Assembly (NCBI GenBank): GCA_965228855.1
Contig: CBDDIJ010000005.1
Coordinates: 1,120,001 to 1,184,000 of the forward strand
DNA from: Candidatus Obscuribacterales bacterium
GTDB taxonomy: Bacteria > Cyanobacteriota > Vampirovibrionia > Obscuribacterales > Obscuribacteraceae
Direction of reading: 5' to 3'
DNA: 64,000 nucleotides
Each line of letters opens with the position of its first letter. The first letter of the stretch is position 1. This document shows positions 20,278-29,604 of this stretch, one piece after another. A model generated the notes under the pieces. That model was not told the origin of the DNA. It worked only from the letters and a program-made list of their open reading frames with translations, and did no database searches. Position numbers and translations under genes: made by a program.

Positions 20278-20629
20278 ATTAACGCATTACTGTTTTATTC
20301 CACTTAACGCGCCGCCAAACGCTTTTTAAGTCCAATAAACATTGCAAAGCTCGATTCACTACAGTGTTAACCAATTTTATCGGCACCTCGGTACTGATTG
20401 GTGAAGGCTATCCGTTCAGAATGAACTGGGAAGCCTGGAGAGTTATCTGAACTCATTAGCTCGCGCAAAAATGGGAAACGCTTGCCTTGGACCTAAATGC
20501 CCGCTTAGTACGAACCACCTGCTGAAGCCATAGAGCGATACGACACCATATTTGGTATCAATTTTCCGACTGACCGGACAATTAAAGACTTGCTCTGACT
20601 CTCACTGCTTGACAGATTAATGTACTAAA

Positions 20630-21490
20630 ATGGGTGAGCTCGCTCCCGTCATACCGAAGCCGAAAGTTACCATGCCAAATCTCAGTAAAACGTATGCCGC
20701 AGCCCTGTCACTCGGCCTTCTAGCGGTCTCCATCTTCACGACACTCGAAAGTCCGTATTCCATCGCGAACAGCGCCTCAGCCGCAAGCTCATCAGTGGTC
20801 GACATCTCCGGTCCCTGGAACTCTCAATTCGGCACTATAAATCTCAAAGTAGAAGGCAAAGACAGCGATGGACAGGTTGTAGTCAGCGGATGGTGGAATA
20901 ACGGCGGAAGCAGCGCCGAGATTGTCTACGGTCGCTTTCATCCCGCCACCGCTGGCGGTATCTTGAAGGTAGAGTACTATGTTGAACAGCGCCAGATTTA
21001 TGGCTACGCCGAATTTAAATTGAGCCCAAATCTGACGGTTCTCACAGGTAAGTATGATGAAACAGATCAGCATGGCGACTGGGTTTTAACACGAGCAAAA
21101 GGATTCAGCACCAAATATTTGACGGACCTTCAAGTTTTGACTAGCCTTGGAAGAAACAAACATTCAACTGTTCTGACGAATCCTGCAGGCAAATGGAATT
21201 CTAACTTCGGTGTTGTTGAGCTGCAAACAACTGGAAACACCCGCGGAATTTTGATTAACGGCAAATTTACCCGCACGGACGGGAAGGTCGGAAAAATCGA
21301 CTCCGGTACGTACCTCCGTGATTCAAAGGGCGGTTTGATGAGGTTGCAGTATTCGACGCCCTGGAACAATGGCAAAGGCTCCGGCACGTTTCGACCGGAT
21401 TCAAAGATCGCAGATCGTCAGCTCCTCGGCATTTATGAAGAAGCAGGTCAAACCGGTCAATGGATTTTGAGTCGTCCACTTCCGAAGTAA
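20630..21490 (+). CDS. Secreted protein with two tandem all-beta domains
   Basis: Signal-like segment. Internal duplication GPWNSQFG...GDWVLTR and GKWNSNFG...GQWILSR. Confidence 0.75.
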   Translation: MGELAPVIPKPKVTMPNLSKTYAAALSLGLLAVSIFTTLESPYSIANSASAASSSVVDISGPWNSQFGTINLKVEGKDSDGQVVVSGWWNNGGSSAEIVYGRFHPATAGGILKVEYYVEQRQIYGYAEFKLSPNLTVLTGKYDETDQHGDWVLTRAKGFSTKYLTDLQVLTSLGRNKHSTVLTNPAGKWNSNFGVVELQTTGNTRGILINGKFTRTDGKVGKIDSGTYLRDSKGGLMRLQYSTPWNNGKGSGTFRPDSKIADRQLLGIYEEAGQTGQWILSRPLPK

Positions 21491-21614
21491 TCGCAATCCT
21501 GGTATGTTTCTAAATCGGTATTAGCGGGTTGAAAAACGAGTTTGCTAGCGCTATGAAAACAACTCTTTCATGGCATGGTAGGCATCAAGTCGGGCGTCGA
21601 CAGTATCAGTACTA

Positions 21615-22814
21615 CTAGGTCTCGATCTCGGGCCGATACTCTTCAGGCGACATACCAAAGGTCCAGGCTACCGCTTCTCGTGCGGTCATCACATTCGGTG
21701 GCACGCGTAAGAAATAGTATTTAAAAGTACCATCGGGCTCCGGTGAGGAATTGAGAACCTTAACCATCTTGAGAGGCTCATCCAGAAGAAAATCTTTTCT
21801 GTACAAGACTCCGCAACTATCTTCATCGATTTTTACGGCCTCAGCATCCTTCAAATATTGTTCGACTCCGTATACTTCAATAAGATGTCGACGGACTTCG
21901 ATATTTTGCTCGCGGTCAATCTCCAATAAATTTTTACGATGTGCGAATCGAATAACTCGCTCAGGAATGAACTTGCCATGGCGCGCATATATACACCAGC
22001 TGTCATTATATTCGACGGACGGACCGCTGTTATTGTGCAATCGGTCCTCTGAATCTAAAACTAACATCTGTGGTCGGTACGTGACAATTGCTACCTTATC
22101 AAAGACCCACCACCAATTAACCTCTCGAGATAGAGCCAAAATGCCTTTCGTAGCAGGAAGATCAACTCCGCAGACGTCGGCGAAACTCAGTAACTCTAAA
22201 TGGTCTCCATCTTGCCCACCAAGTCCGCAGTACCAGCTCTGCTGAGCGCAACCAGCCGCGAAATTCGCATCAAATACCAGTCGCCCAAGAACATCAAAGT
22301 CCTGCTCATCAAGCTGTTGCTCGATTCGCATCAATATGTACGACCAAGTGTCCTCATTAAACACCTGCTGCGATTCATGAGGGTCAGAGCGATGAGAAAA
22401 TCTAATCTCCAGTTGCCGCGCCACTTGCGCACGGATTGGCGAGGCAATGTTGCTCTCCACGTTTAGCGGAACCATTTTGAGCTGAGTATCCAGATGTTGC
22501 CATAGCTCAGTTGTTCCAGCGCCAGCGGCATCCCGCCAGAGTTTCTGGTACATGGCATCAACGGGCTGATTGCACAACCGCGAGAACAAGTTCTCGTAGC
22601 TCCGGTTGAATATCGAGGCAGCCACCGCCCCAGCCAGAGGCGAATCCAGCCAAACAAGACGTTCAGGCGGCGGATGGCCAGCCAAAGCGTAGACCTGCTT
22701 GACGGCATCCTGCACTGCCGGAACGTTGAGCTCGTCACATGAAACAGCCAGCTGCAACCACTGATTGCGATGCTCTCGAAGAGCCTTCCGGAGGGTATCG
22801 TCAATCGAGACCAC
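21615..22814 (-). CDS. DUF6745-family protein
   Basis: RLHNNSGPSVEYNDSWCIYARHG and C-terminal NSSPEPDGTFKYYFLRVPP...AREAVAWTFG. Confidence 0.8.
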   Translation of the reverse strand: MVSIDDTLRKALREHRNQWLQLAVSCDELNVPAVQDAVKQVYALAGHPPPERLVWLDSPLAGAVAASIFNRSYENLFSRLCNQPVDAMYQKLWRDAAGAGTTELWQHLDTQLKMVPLNVESNIASPIRAQVARQLEIRFSHRSDPHESQQVFNEDTWSYILMRIEQQLDEQDFDVLGRLVFDANFAAGCAQQSWYCGLGGQDGDHLELLSFADVCGVDLPATKGILALSREVNWWWVFDKVAIVTYRPQMLVLDSEDRLHNNSGPSVEYNDSWCIYARHGKFIPERVIRFAHRKNLLEIDREQNIEVRRHLIEVYGVEQYLKDAEAVKIDEDSCGVLYRKDFLLDEPLKMVKVLNSSPEPDGTFKYYFLRVPPNVMTAREAVAWTFGMSPEEYRPEIET

Positions 22815-22893
22815 AGCATTCCCTAAAATTAGCCCTCAGCCCCATGCTAAATCAGCATCATATGCCACATGAGAGTTTACCATCATAAGCCAA

Positions 22894-22930
22894 ATGTAAA
22901 ACCGGGGAGCGCTTTACGCGTTCCCCGGTT
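22894..22930 (-). terminator. Intrinsic terminator
   Basis: Minus strand AACCGGGGA-N13-TCCCCGGTT ending in a TTTT run. Confidence 0.7.
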
Positions 22931-23052
22931 CTGGTTGGATTGGTTGGATTGGTTGGATTGTCGGAAAGTTTCGTGAGCTTTGTCGGACTGGGGTCGGGTT
23001 GGGATGGTTGGTTGGGTTGGGATGGTTGGTTGGATTAGGTTGGTTGGTTGGT
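22931..23052. repeat. Simple-sequence tract (TTGGATTGG x3, GGTTGGGATGGTTGGTTG x2, TTGG runs)
   Basis: Read directly; strong G/T strand bias. Confidence 0.9.
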
Positions 23053-23077
23053 CGTAGTCGTTGGGCTCACACTCAAG

Positions 23078-23110
23078 AAATTACAAGAGAAACGTTACAG
23101 CAACGTGACC
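23078..23110 (-). promoter_or_regulatory. Putative OmpR/PhoB-type box (GGTCAC-N5-TGTAAC) 10 bp upstream of -10 TAATTT
   Basis: 11-bp-period direct repeat with the same geometry as 5696-5728. Confidence 0.45.
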
Positions 23111-23187
23111 GACAGGGCTATGAAACAAGAAGACGCTAAACGCCGGCAATTCCAACCTTTACAGACTCAACCTCATTTCAATTCCTA

Positions 23188-23240
23188 AACCGATATCGAT
23201 TGAGGACAGTTTTATACATCATCTTCAACCGATATCGGTT
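23188..23240. repeat. Two palindrome copies (23188 one mismatch, 23227 exact) 39 bp apart
   Basis: Read directly, downstream of the response-regulator gene. Confidence 0.9.
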
Positions 23241-23369
23241 CAAAAACCAAACAAGGGTGAGTGTCGAGCCTCGCGAAAGGTCGAAACATTATATAGATTG
23301 ATGTTGGTAAAACTGACGCATCTGACAAGGGGACTATCTGCCAAGCTCCGCCGGTCAAAGAACGGACCG

Positions 23370-24047
23370 CTAAGGTTCCATTTCAAACTTGTAGCCTAAA
23401 CCTTTAACAGTTTTGATAAGCGAGTCTCTGCCCTCAACGTCAATTTTCTTTCGAAGCCGGAGAATTCGTTGACGTACTGCTTCGTCAGTAGCGTCGGAGT
23501 CCAGCGTGAAGACTCGGTCAAGTAGTTCCTTCGAGCTGAATAACCGACCAGGATTTTTCATGAAGAGTTCAAGCAAAGCGAATTCCGAGGGCGCAAGCGA
23601 GACGGCTTCACCACATCTGGTGACCGTGCATGTATTCAGGTCCAGCTGAATTTCTTGTGCTTCTAGGATTTTTTGTTGAACTTGCTGAGGTCGGCGAAGC
23701 AAGGCTCTAATTCGAGCCATCAGCTCGGCATATGCAAAGGGTTTAATTAAATAATCGTCGGCTCCAAGATTAAGCGCTTCCACTCGGTTTGGCACGTCCG
23801 ATTGCCCGGTAAGAAAGAGGATAGGCATTTTGCCGCCGGATTCACGATAGGCTTTCAGAATTTCCAAGCCGGTTAATCCGGGCAGATTCCAGTCAACGAT
23901 CGCAAGGTCATAAGGATAGTGACTGATGCGCTCGAGCCCGTCCGACCCATCAGCAACCCAATCCACCACATGGTTATTGGATTCAAGGGCCTCCTGGACC
24001 ACTACCGCTACTTGTGTGTCATCCTCGACAACTAGAATTCTTGCCAT
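23370..24047 (-). CDS. OmpR/PhoB-family response regulator
   Basis: ILVVEDD, DWNLPG, GADDYLIKPF, winged helix ending IKTVKGLGYKF. Confidence 0.95.
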   Translation of the reverse strand: MARILVVEDDTQVAVVVQEALESNNHVVDWVADGSDGLERISHYPYDLAIVDWNLPGLTGLEILKAYRESGGKMPILFLTGQSDVPNRVEALNLGADDYLIKPFAYAELMARIRALLRRPQQVQQKILEAQEIQLDLNTCTVTRCGEAVSLAPSEFALLELFMKNPGRLFSSKELLDRVFTLDSDATDEAVRQRILRLRKKIDVEGRDSLIKTVKGLGYKFEMEP

Positions 24048-24393
24048 AGGCGCCTTTCGCGCTATTACCCCTTTTCCAGCCCTTATATTATAGACCGCGA
24101 GAAGGCCCCTTAAACGTTGGCAACGTCAAAGTTCACCGAAGTCCCAGCCCTGCGCACGGATAAACATATTTGCAGCCGCGCGATCAAAATTTTATCCGCC
24201 TCGCCGGTAGCCTTGAATACTGCTCACAACGATTATGTTCATCGGAACGCCGGAAGGTCTTACGAGCCAGCGCGCACAACGGTATTGTATACGGTATCAT
24301 CCTGAGACTGTCTAGTTTGCGCCGGAGGATGAGAGCAGTACGCAATTCTTCGAATTCGATATACTGAGTCACCTGCCCCAATGGTAAGACTTT

Positions 24394-26202
24394 ATGGGAA
24401 TTCCCTTTCGCAAAGCCACCCACCAGATACTGCTATTACTGATGATTCCGCTTGTCGTGGAGACGGGCTTGCTGCTCGTAATCTTCGATTCGTTTAACAA
24501 GCTTGAAGCAGAAAGTGCTCGCGAAGGCAAATCGCTCGACGCGTTGTTGCGATTGAATATGACGTTAAATGACATGGTGTCGGCCGCTGCCTCCTTAATG
24601 ATGTTCAGCGTCTGGCAAGAACCGGGATTTCTGCTGGAATTCAATGACAAACACACCGCTCTGAAAAAACACGCCCATGCCTTGAAAAAATCGCTTGCCG
24701 GCGACTCAAAGGAAGTCGCCAACCTCGCGAACATAATGGACGATGCCATCTCGACGTTTGAGTCCGTTGACGAGATGGCGCAGGATTCATTCGAGAAAGA
24801 CAACGTAGCGACAATTGAGAGACTGAAGAGTTTCCTGCGCCGCATGGACACGGCTGGACACGGTGCATTGGAACAGCAGCTCTCGACAAGAAAAAGGTTG
24901 CAGGAAAGCGAAAACGAGAGCAGACAGCATCTGATGCGACTGATTCAAGCAGGTGTGGCAATCAACCTGCTACTGACCGGACTCGCGGCGACCGTATTTG
25001 TCGTAACGTTCGCAAGGCGGTTTCAGATCGTTGTTGCAGACACGCAGAAAGTTGCATCAGGAATGCTTCTCCAGTCCCATCTGCCTGGCAAAGACGAACT
25101 GGCGACTCTGGATCAAGTGATTTACAAACTCTCTTACGAACTTGATGCCGCGCGCAAAATGGAGCGCGCAATGATAGACAACACTGCCGAGATAATTTGC
25201 TCGCTCGACGACACTTATCGTCTTCGCGAAATCAATAAAGCAGTCTACAAACGACTCGGATACAAAGCAGACGAGTTGCTCGGTACGAATATTCAAGCGC
25301 TCATTCATCCGGACGATAGAAACGAAACATATCGTGAACTTGAGTTTTGCAAAAATACCGTGGATGAGATTTCAATTGAAACACGCTTGAGGCGAGCAGA
25401 TGGGAAATATACATATTACGAATGCACTACGAAGTGGTCTCCCGAAAACAAAAGCATGTCCTGCGTCTTGCATGACGTTACCGAGCGGAAGGAGGCCGAA
25501 AAGCTGAAGCAGGAGGTTCTTGCAATGGTAAGTCATGACCTCCGGGCCCCTCTCACCTCTTTAGGAATGACACTAGATATGGTGACGGAAGGGGTTGTCG
25601 GTACTCTGGATAAGCGAGGAGAAAAACTGATCAATCGAGCTAAATACTCGGTCTCCTCGCTTATAACGATGATCAATGATTTGATCGATGTGGAACGCTT
25701 CGAAGCGGGCGGAATCAAATTAAACTACGAAGATGTTCTGGCTATCGATGTTGCGGTACCAGCACTTGAACTCGTTACACCCGAGGCCGAACGCAAAAAA
25801 ATCTCTGTAACGATAGAAGTCGAAGATTTCAAACTTCGAGTAGACAAAGAGCGTCTGAATCGCGTGGTGATGAATCTAGTGAATAACGCAATAAAATTCA
25901 CTCCGGAAGGTAGAGCGATTCTCGTGACGGGGAGACTATTGCAGTCGAAGTCAGGACGCCCGTATGCGGAATTTCAGATCATCGACCAGGGACCCGGAAT
26001 AGCCGAAGACAAACTGGATCTCGTATTCGAAAAGTTCAAACAAGCGGGCACCGGCAGCGAAGGCGAACGAGTCGGAAGTGGTTTAGGGCTCGCCATTTGC
26101 AAGGCCATTGTCGAGGCTCATCACGGCAACATTGGCGTGACGAGCCGCCTCAAAGAGGGCAGCACATTCTGGTTCAGAATTCCGCAGGCACCAAGCAGTT
26201 GA
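24394..26202 (+). CDS. Membrane sensor histidine kinase (HAMP-like, PAS, HisKA, HATPase)
   Basis: Two TM segments, IHPDDR PAS, SHDLRAPL, NAIKFT, DQGPGI, GSGLGL. Confidence 0.95.
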   Translation: MGIPFRKATHQILLLLMIPLVVETGLLLVIFDSFNKLEAESAREGKSLDALLRLNMTLNDMVSAAASLMMFSVWQEPGFLLEFNDKHTALKKHAHALKKSLAGDSKEVANLANIMDDAISTFESVDEMAQDSFEKDNVATIERLKSFLRRMDTAGHGALEQQLSTRKRLQESENESRQHLMRLIQAGVAINLLLTGLAATVFVVTFARRFQIVVADTQKVASGMLLQSHLPGKDELATLDQVIYKLSYELDAARKMERAMIDNTAEIICSLDDTYRLREINKAVYKRLGYKADELLGTNIQALIHPDDRNETYRELEFCKNTVDEISIETRLRRADGKYTYYECTTKWSPENKSMSCVLHDVTERKEAEKLKQEVLAMVSHDLRAPLTSLGMTLDMVTEGVVGTLDKRGEKLINRAKYSVSSLITMINDLIDVERFEAGGIKLNYEDVLAIDVAVPALELVTPEAERKKISVTIEVEDFKLRVDKERLNRVVMNLVNNAIKFTPEGRAILVTGRLLQSKSGRPYAEFQIIDQGPGIAEDKLDLVFEKFKQAGTGSEGERVGSGLGLAICKAIVEAHHGNIGVTSRLKEGSTFWFRIPQAPSS

Positions 26203-26308
26203 AGAAGCTGTGGAAAGGCGTTTTCGATTGGACTGAAAGTTTCCTCGCTTCGGACTGACTGAGAGCAATTTGTTTAGCCTGACGCAGACAGTCCAAATGA
26301 ACACGGCT

Positions 26309-26884
26309 TCACTCCTCCTCATCCACGTCCGGCTCGTCTTCCGGTTCTTCATCAGGCGCTGCAGTTCCACGCTCGATACGATTGAAATCCGATGCCTTTA
26401 AATTCTGTACGAAGTCCTTAAATTCATCATCCTTTTCACCTTTCTGCTCCATAACCAGTGGCACAGAATTGGCTTCGTAAGCGTTTTCCGACATGAACAT
26501 CGGTGCCTCTGACTTAATCGCTATTGCAATCGCATCGAATGGCCGAGCATCCAGCGTGATCCATTTTTCGTCTTCCTCGCCTTCCGGCTTGCCATCCTCA
26601 CCGCCACGCACAAGCACCGACGCAGTGTAGCCGTTGCCGGAATCGGCCAGGTCGATTTCGACCTTCTGTACCTTATGATGCAAATCTCCGATGATGTTGA
26701 ACATCAAATCGTGAGTCATCGGACGTGGCATTTTCTTCTTCTGTAAAAGGCGAATAACCGTAATTCCTTCGTTGATGTCAATCGGAATCGGCACCACTTT
26801 CTTGGCGCCTTCTCGACTGAGGATTACGGCAGCTACATCATTAGCTTCGTCGAAGGCTATTCCGAGAACCGATACTTCATTCAT
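26309..26884 (-). CDS. Bifunctional nuclease family (DUF151) protein
   Basis: PRPMTHDL and LDARPFDAIAIA motifs; start trimmed to MNEVSV. Confidence 0.85.
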   Translation of the reverse strand: MNEVSVLGIAFDEANDVAAVILSREGAKKVVPIPIDINEGITVIRLLQKKKMPRPMTHDLMFNIIGDLHHKVQKVEIDLADSGNGYTASVLVRGGEDGKPEGEEDEKWITLDARPFDAIAIAIKSEAPMFMSENAYEANSVPLVMEQKGEKDDEFKDFVQNLKASDFNRIERGTAAPDEEPEDEPDVDEEE

Positions 26885-27003
26885 TCCGTTAAAACACCAA
26901 TAGACTTTTCTACTATAACACCAGTCTACACATAGCATAGGAAAAACATATGCTAACATGAGGCTGTCCAGTTTTATCGAAAAGGCCGATCGCGTAGACA
27001 GAC

Positions 27004-29061
27004 ATGAACAGCCTATCTCGCTCATTCACAAACCGAATAATTTGCACAGCTATTTGTGCCGTTTCCGTCATGGTAGCGACCTGCTCACCGTCGAGCGCGT
27101 ACGAGCCCGGCGACTTCGGCGCCTGTCTCTCCCACGCGAGAGCAGCCGAGCAAGCCGGCCAGAACGTTGAGGCTCTGACTTACTACGGCGCGGCGCTGCG
27201 ATTGAATCCAAACTCATCAGAGGCTCGCCAACGACAAGCGAATCTTTATAGCAAGCTAACTTCAGGCAGTCAGTTAGCAAACGCGAGCGGCGATTCTCAA
27301 GACCAGACAAGCATTCGCGCAATGGTCGACGACTTTGTGACCAGCTGGAACAACCATAATATCAGCGGTCTGAGACGACTGCTCGCCAATGATTACCTGT
27401 CCGGCGACGGACTGACGCATGACCAGATCATTCAATTGGCCCAACAGACCTGGCAGTTGTATCCCACCGCAAAATCATATTTTGATGTTAAAAACCTGCG
27501 CGTTTCCGGCGATTATGCAGAAGCAGAAACGGTCGCTCGCCTGGTGGGTACGACCAGTCCAACAATGGGCGTGTCCGGTAATATGCGCAGCACAATTCAT
27601 GACTTGTTTAGCTTCCGGAAGACGTCGCAAGGCTGGAAAGTCTCTACGCAGGTCATTGTAGAGGAATCAGTCAATATTACTTTTGGAAACGTGACGAATA
27701 TAAACGCACACATTACGGTACCAAATACGATGGCACCTGGACAATCCTATACGGCTACCGTCGATGCTCTGCTGCCGTCCGGAGCGAGCGCTACGGTTGG
27801 TTTGGCTCAGTCGACGCCGCAATGGCCGATTGTAGAGCCGGCATTTTCCTATGTTCAATTGGCCGGACCTTCGCTTGCACGTCAGTTCACCGCTAACATG
27901 TATGGACGCAACGAAGATGTTGCAGCGAGGATAAACATCAGCAACGGCTACACTGGTCAAGCCGTAGGCATGATCTGGCTCTCCAAGCGCGTTAACATAG
28001 TCGACTCTCCAACAATGATCGCAAGTTCAGCACAATCAAGTGTTTTCGCCACGCCAACCACACCAGGTTTTTCCGCACAAACCAACTCGACCGCTCCAGC
28101 ACAGGATTCGACGTCCACGGCAAAAACATCGGTTATTGGTTCTATGAAGCCCCATATAGCACCAGCAGTCAGGGCCGAAACAGCAAAAAGTGACGACACA
28201 GCCGCAGCAAAAAATTCGGACAAGGCAGACCGACCAATACGAGACAAGTGGGCGATTATCGTCGGAATCAGCAACTTCGAAGATCCAAAAATTCCAAAGC
28301 TTCAGTACTCCGCAAAAGATGCGATCGACTTTTATAAATTCCTGGAAAAAACTGGAAACTTTAAACGCGACCATATGCGTTTACTACTCAATGAGAAAGC
28401 GACACAAAGACGCATTCTCACAGAACTCGCGACACTGTTTCTCCACCGAGTGGCAGAACCTGACGACCTGGTTGTCGTTTTCTTCTCCACTCACGGTAGT
28501 CCGACCGAAGAGGGTCCAGGCGGTAACAATTATCTGGTCGCATATGACACGTCTATAGACGAGCTTTTCGCTACAGGCGTTTCAATGCAAGCCATTATGA
28601 GCACCTTGAAAGATCGGATCAATTCCGATCGGATTTTGCTGGTACTCGATGCCTGCCATAGCGGCGCCACCACTGTTGGTGCCAAAGGCATGTCTCGCGC
28701 CGCTAACTTTGATGCCGAAGCGCTTGCTCAGGGGTCGGGACAACTTGTGATTTGCTCCAGCGAACCAGCGGAGCGCTCCTGGGAGTCCAAACGAGCCCCA
28801 AACGGCGTTTTCACGAAAAAACTCATGGAGGGGCTGACGAAGAACGGACCAAACACCCGCCTGGCAGATGCTTTCGCCTACTTGCAATCCCAGGTTCAAA
28901 AAGAAGTAAAGGAAGATCGCGGTCAGGCCCAGAAACCTGTTTTGAAAAGTAAGTGGAACGGCGCGGAACTGCTACCACTGATCGCGCCGTCAAGCCCGCA
29001 AACGGTTCCCAATTCACTTAAGGAGCAACTGCCGGCTGACAGCTCCGCCGAGGTTAAGTAG
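27004..29061 (+). CDS. Secreted TPR + NTF2-like + caspase (peptidase C14) protein
   Basis: Signal peptide, one TPR, NTF2-like block, KWAIIVGIS, catalytic STHG and DACHSG. Confidence 0.85.
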   Translation: MNSLSRSFTNRIICTAICAVSVMVATCSPSSAYEPGDFGACLSHARAAEQAGQNVEALTYYGAALRLNPNSSEARQRQANLYSKLTSGSQLANASGDSQDQTSIRAMVDDFVTSWNNHNISGLRRLLANDYLSGDGLTHDQIIQLAQQTWQLYPTAKSYFDVKNLRVSGDYAEAETVARLVGTTSPTMGVSGNMRSTIHDLFSFRKTSQGWKVSTQVIVEESVNITFGNVTNINAHITVPNTMAPGQSYTATVDALLPSGASATVGLAQSTPQWPIVEPAFSYVQLAGPSLARQFTANMYGRNEDVAARINISNGYTGQAVGMIWLSKRVNIVDSPTMIASSAQSSVFATPTTPGFSAQTNSTAPAQDSTSTAKTSVIGSMKPHIAPAVRAETAKSDDTAAAKNSDKADRPIRDKWAIIVGISNFEDPKIPKLQYSAKDAIDFYKFLEKTGNFKRDHMRLLLNEKATQRRILTELATLFLHRVAEPDDLVVVFFSTHGSPTEEGPGGNNYLVAYDTSIDELFATGVSMQAIMSTLKDRINSDRILLVLDACHSGATTVGAKGMSRAANFDAEALAQGSGQLVICSSEPAERSWESKRAPNGVFTKKLMEGLTKNGPNTRLADAFAYLQSQVQKEVKEDRGQAQKPVLKSKWNGAELLPLIAPSSPQTVPNSLKEQLPADSSAEVK

Positions 29062-29172
29062 TGCAGGCTCGCTCAAAATCGGATAAGCGCATTGGAGATT
29101 CAATTTGGAAAAGACGCTGTAGAATAATCAGTAAAGCCGCCCAAGAGGGCAAGAGGCGACCGGGGAATAATA

Positions 29173-29499
29173 ATGTCCGACTGGGACAATGACGACGATT
29201 TAGATAACGATCATGGCGTGGTAACCGAGAAGCGGACGCGTTTGAAGAAACCGTCCATGTTTAAGGTGCTGCTTCACAACGACGACTTTACGACCATGGA
29301 ATTCGTCATCCTTGTGCTGAAGATGGTCTTCCTCAAATCAGACCAGGAAGCGTACAAGATCATGATGTCGGTCCATCAGGCGGGCATAGGCATCGCCGGC
29401 GTCTACACCTACGAAGTGGCCGAGGCCAAAGCCAATAAGGTAATCCAGCTGGCCCGTGACAATAGTTATCCGCTACTTTGCACGGTCGAAGAAGACTGA
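29173..29499 (+). CDS. clpS: ATP-dependent Clp protease adaptor ClpS
   Basis: FKVLLHNDDFTTMEFV...MMSVH...YPLLCTVE. Confidence 0.97.
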   Translation: MSDWDNDDDLDNDHGVVTEKRTRLKKPSMFKVLLHNDDFTTMEFVILVLKMVFLKSDQEAYKIMMSVHQAGIGIAGVYTYEVAEAKANKVIQLARDNSYPLLCTVEED

Positions 29500-29604
29500 T
29501 GTAAGTGGTTTAAACCTCGACGCTCTGGTCGTTTGCCCAAAATTCAGGACGATCGATGAAATTGGTGGTAGAACTAGATACAACTACCCCTATAAGAATC
29601 TAAA

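Larger units (their letters stand above)
22894..23071 (-). ncRNA. Candidate ~180-nt CCAA-repeat small RNA
   Basis: Low-complexity non-coding tract bounded by a promoter-like element (23078-23110) and a terminator. Confidence 0.45.

Noticed and set aside
26885..27025. N-terminal extension of the DUF151 ORF
   Set aside because: Spans the divergent promoter region and overlaps the caspase-gene start.
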